64,000 nt of DNA, from NCBI GenBank assembly GCA_016219275.1, contig JACRBM010000032.1, positions 28,054 to 92,053 on the forward strand, written 5' to 3'. Made by a program: the position numbers and the translations under genes. A model generated the notes under the pieces. It saw only the letters and a program-made list of their open reading frames with translations, ran no database searches and had not been told where the DNA came from. This DNA is from Chloroflexota bacterium (GTDB lineage Bacteria > Chloroflexota > Anaerolineae > UBA4142). Positions 61,122 through 64,000 of the stretch are shown here, one piece after another. Every line of letters begins with the position of its first letter. Position 1 is the first letter of the stretch.

Positions 61122-63008
61122 ATGTCGTATGGTTTTGCCGGTCGCATTTTGCATGTGGATTTGACGCGCGGCGCGTTGACGATTGAAACGCCGCCGGCAA
61201 GTTTCTATCGTCAATACCTGGGCGGCTCGGCGATGGGACTGTACTATATTTTGAAACACGCGCCGAACGCGGTGGACGCGTTCGCGCCGGAAAATGTGTT
61301 GACGCTGATGGTCGGTCCGTTCACCGGCGCGCCGATTGCCGGGCAGAGCCGCATGACGGCGAATGCCTGGTCGCCGTTGACGGACGGGATCGGCGATAGT
61401 CAGTCGGGCGGATATTTTCCGGCGGAAATGAAATTCGCCGGGTTTGATGGCGTCGTCGTCACCGGTCAATCGCCTGAGCCAGTTTACCTATGGATCAAAG
61501 ATGGTCGCGCGGAATTGTGTCCTGCCGCGCATCTGTGGGGCAAGACGACGTCGCAAGTGGATGATATTCTGAAGGAAGAACTTGGCGACAAGCACATCCA
61601 GGTCGCGCAGTGCGGTCCCGCCGGAGAAAACCTCGCGCGCGTTGCTTGCATCATCAATATGGCGAATCGCGCGAATGGTCGCACTGGCATGGGCGCGGTG
61701 ATGGGCGCGAAAAAACTCAAGGCGGTCGTCGTGCGCGGTTCGTCCAAGCATGTGAACATCGCGCATCCCGATCAATTCAATCGGCTCGCGCGTTGGGGTG
61801 TGACGAACATACCCAACAACTCTTCGATGCTCTCGTTGCACCGCGATGGCACCGCCGGCGGACTGAGTTCGCAACATTCGGTGGGCGGTTTGCCGACGCG
61901 CAATTTCGGCGAAGGTCAATTCGAAGATAACGAAGCGATTGACGGCGCGACGATGACCGAGACGATTCTCAAACAAACGGACTCGTGTTACGCGTGCGCG
62001 GTGCGTTGCAAGCGCGCGGTCGAAACGGAATGGGACGGGCATCGCGTTGCCAAGCGACACGGCGGACCCGAGTACGAAACGATGGCGACGCTGGGTTCGT
62101 ACTGCGGCATCGGCGATCTCGACGCGATCGCGTACGGCAATCAACTGTGCAACGAGTACGGTCTCGATACGATTGGCGCGGGCGCGACGATTGCATGGTT
62201 GATGGAATGTTTCGAGAACAAACTCGTCACCGAAAAAGAAATCGGTTTTCCCGCGCGTTATGGCGATGCTCACGCGTTGATTCAACTGCTCGAAATGATG
62301 ACGCGGCGCGAAGGCATCGGCGATGTGTTGGCGAACGGCAGTCGCCGCGCGGCGGATTTGCTCGGACGGGGACACGAATTTCTCATCACGGTCAAAGGCG
62401 CGGAAGCGCCGGCGCACATGCCGCACGTCAAACGCTCGCTCGGTTTGATCTACGCGGTCAATCCGTACGGCGCAGATCACGAATCGTCGGAGCATGATCC
62501 CAGCATCGCGTCGAACGATCACAAAGATCGGCTGGGCTTGTTTGGTTTTACGCAGCCGATGGAGGTGGCGTACCTGGGTCCGGAAAAAGTACGCTATGCG
62601 TACACGACCCAGTTGTTCTATTCGTTTCTCGATTCCGCGTCGCTCTGCACGTTCGTCTACAGCGCGGCGTGGACGCTGTTCGGTCCGGCGGATGCGGTTG
62701 CGCTCGTGTGCGCGGTGACGGGCTGGGATGATTTCTCGCTCGACGAGTTGTTGCAAGTCGGCGCGCGACGCTTGAACATGATGCGCGTGAGCAACGTGCG
62801 TCGCGGCGTGGATCGGCGCGCGGATGTGTTGCCGCAAAAATTCTTCAAGCCGCTCGCCGGCACGGGACCGAGCGCGGGCGTCGCGTTGTCACACGCAGAA
62901 ATGGATCACGCGCTCGACGAGTATTACGCGCTTGCCGGATGGAACGCGCAAACCGGCGCGCCAGAAACAGAGACGCTCGACAAATTGGGCTTGGAGTGGT
63001 TGGTGTAG
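61122..63008 (+). CDS. aor: aldehyde:ferredoxin oxidoreductase family (tungsto/molybdopterin)
   Basis: GFAGRILHVDLTRG...YLGGSAMGLYYIL N-terminus. DSCYACAVRCKR Fe-S Cys motif. GPEYETMATLGS and the EAPAH segment are typical of the AOR family. Confidence 0.85.
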   Translation: MSYGFAGRILHVDLTRGALTIETPPASFYRQYLGGSAMGLYYILKHAPNAVDAFAPENVLTLMVGPFTGAPIAGQSRMTANAWSPLTDGIGDSQSGGYFPAEMKFAGFDGVVVTGQSPEPVYLWIKDGRAELCPAAHLWGKTTSQVDDILKEELGDKHIQVAQCGPAGENLARVACIINMANRANGRTGMGAVMGAKKLKAVVVRGSSKHVNIAHPDQFNRLARWGVTNIPNNSSMLSLHRDGTAGGLSSQHSVGGLPTRNFGEGQFEDNEAIDGATMTETILKQTDSCYACAVRCKRAVETEWDGHRVAKRHGGPEYETMATLGSYCGIGDLDAIAYGNQLCNEYGLDTIGAGATIAWLMECFENKLVTEKEIGFPARYGDAHALIQLLEMMTRREGIGDVLANGSRRAADLLGRGHEFLITVKGAEAPAHMPHVKRSLGLIYAVNPYGADHESSEHDPSIASNDHKDRLGLFGFTQPMEVAYLGPEKVRYAYTTQLFYSFLDSASLCTFVYSAAWTLFGPADAVALVCAVTGWDDFSLDELLQVGARRLNMMRVSNVRRGVDRRADVLPQKFFKPLAGTGPSAGVALSHAEMDHALDEYYALAGWNAQTGAPETETLDKLGLEWLV

Positions 63009-63043
63009 AAATTTATCGCATCTTCTTTTTTCGCGATAGAAAA

Positions 63044-63088
63044 ATCGCGCGAGGGTGTCTCGGAGACGTACTCGCGCGATTTGTATTT
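63044..63088 (+). terminator. intrinsic terminator after aor
   Basis: ATCGCGCGAG (63044-63053) pairs with CTCGCGCGAT (63071-63080), followed by TTGTATTT. Confidence 0.55.
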
Positions 63089-63109
63089 CAGCACGGTCGG
63101 CTGAATTTC

Positions 63110-63634
63110 TCAGGGATGGCTTGCCAGGTCAAGCTGATAGCCCTTGACCAAAATGCCTGGCGCTGGATTGAAATCGAGTTTGGGCATTCGTACGAACCCG
63201 ATCCGCTCGTACATCTGCATCGCGGTTTGCATCATATCACTGGTGTGAAGGGTCAGGACAACCGTCTTCTGCTCACGCGCGCGACGAATACATTCGACGA
63301 CCAGTTTTTTTCCCGCGCCTTGACCACGCGCGGCAGGTGCCACCGCGAGTAAGCGTATCTCCGGGTATTCGAGTGTGAATGCTGATCCGTCTGGAGCGTG
63401 CACTGTGGTTCCATCCGGAAACAACAGAACGGTACCGATAATCGCGCCATCCACTTCGGCGACGATTTGCTCGGCGGGTCGCACGTCTGCCAGCGTGGCA
63501 AGGATGTTTTGACGATAGCCGAGCCATGCTGGTGGCGGCATGACGGCGGCGTACTCTTGGTAAGCGGACAGCGTCACCTCGCGAATTTGATCTTGGTCGC
63601 CGTCACGCGCGTCGCGGATATGTAAATGATTCAT
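63110..63634 (-). CDS. GNAT-family N-acetyltransferase
   Basis: I moved the start to ATG 63634 (MNHLHIRDARDGD). Acetyl-CoA motif LLAVAPAARGQGAGKKLV. Confidence 0.75.
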   Translation of the reverse strand: MNHLHIRDARDGDQDQIREVTLSAYQEYAAVMPPPAWLGYRQNILATLADVRPAEQIVAEVDGAIIGTVLLFPDGTTVHAPDGSAFTLEYPEIRLLAVAPAARGQGAGKKLVVECIRRAREQKTVVLTLHTSDMMQTAMQMYERIGFVRMPKLDFNPAPGILVKGYQLDLASHP

Positions 63635-63662
63635 GGACGAATCTTTATAGAGCCGTTCGGTT

Positions 63663-64000
63663 TTATGCCTGCACCATGCTAAAGAAATCGTTTTGCTCCA
63701 GTCGCCGCTTTGCCAGTTCGTAATACTCGGGATTGATCTCTGCGCTGAAGCATCGTCGTCCTGTTCGCTTGGACGCGACTGCTGCTGTGCATAATCCGCC
63801 AAACGGTTCCCAAACGACATCGCCGGGATCGCTCGATGCCAAAATAATGCGCTCGATCAAGCGGAGTGGTTTTTGGTTCGAGTGCAAACTTTTGCTGCCG
63901 TTTTCTTTTAGTCGTTCGTTTCCGCGCACCGCCGGCTCTGCCCACACGTTGGTAACTCCGTGTTCGTGATTCCACTTGGCGCGCATCCGCGTCCATTGTT
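63663..64000 (-). CDS. C-terminal part of an N4/N6 DNA methyltransferase (start beyond window edge)
   Basis: SNQKPLRLIERIILASSDPGDVVWEPFGGLCTAAVAS..GRRCFSAEINPEYYELAKRRL is the QKP...(D/E)PFxG SAM-binding C-terminal module of beta-class MTases. The reading frame is open to position 64000. Confidence 0.7.
   Translation of the reverse strand, partial: QWTRMRAKWNHEHGVTNVWAEPAVRGNERLKENGSKSLHSNQKPLRLIERIILASSDPGDVVWEPFGGLCTAAVASKRTGRRCFSAEINPEYYELAKRRLEQNDFFSMVQA

Noticed and set aside
59258-62837. Minus-strand ORFs 59258..60253, 60198..61469 and 61488..62837 (331-449 aa)
   Set aside because: They are antisense to hyi, garR and aor, all of which have clear family motifs. They are Arg-rich with no motifs.
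1-64000. Search for mobile elements, integrases, tRNA/rRNA genes, toxin-antitoxin pairs and known defence genes
   Set aside because: No transposase, integrase or recombinase motifs, terminal inverted repeats with target duplications, or RNA genes were recognisable by eye. A profile or Rfam scan would be needed to be certain.

Overview
GC-rich, gene-dense bacterial window, mostly minus-strand. The host looks like a monoderm, Chloroflexota-like organism. That is a guess from lipobox lipoproteins with long Pro/Thr/Ala linkers, the absence of porin genes, and the style of the GC-rich intergenic hairpins. Layout: (1) 1-6791 (+): secreted or membrane-anchored multiheme c-type cytochromes, including a 15-heme tandem-repeat lipoprotein and a cytochrome on a ~220 aa Thr-rich stalk. 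(2) 6795-8138 (-): candidate Moco riboswitch with promoter and terminator, an FmdE-like gene, and a decayed moaA whose homology stops where the cytochrome cluster ends. (3) 8158-34030 (-): four tandem, diverged dmsABC-type Tat-exported molybdoenzyme operons. Two copies of a gene pair (multiheme lipoprotein plus a large anchored CarboxypepD_reg-like monoheme protein) are interleaved, and a TorD-like / poly-ferredoxin / radical-SAM trio follows. Two of the dmsA genes carry a conserved leader with a 17-codon uORF, a hairpin and a terminator. (4) 34194-43020 (-): regulatory block with two NarL/NarX-type two-component systems around a signal-less DmsA-like enzyme. That enzyme is fused to a degenerate receiver domain and a fossil Tat motif, and has its own Fe-S subunit and TorD-like chaperone. 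I rate this the most novel item. (5) 43534-54489: frl-like (Amadori/fructosamine) operon with hydantoinase A/B genes, a family-5 binding protein, two permeases, no ATPase genes, and a divergent LacI regulator. (6) 55028-64000: GAF-PP2C phosphatase, MoxR ATPase, GH63-like hydrolase, hyi-garR-aor operon, GNAT, and a partial DNA methyltransferase. I recognised no rRNA, tRNA, CRISPR array, transposase or integrase. All homology calls are by eye and from memory of family motifs; no searches were run.
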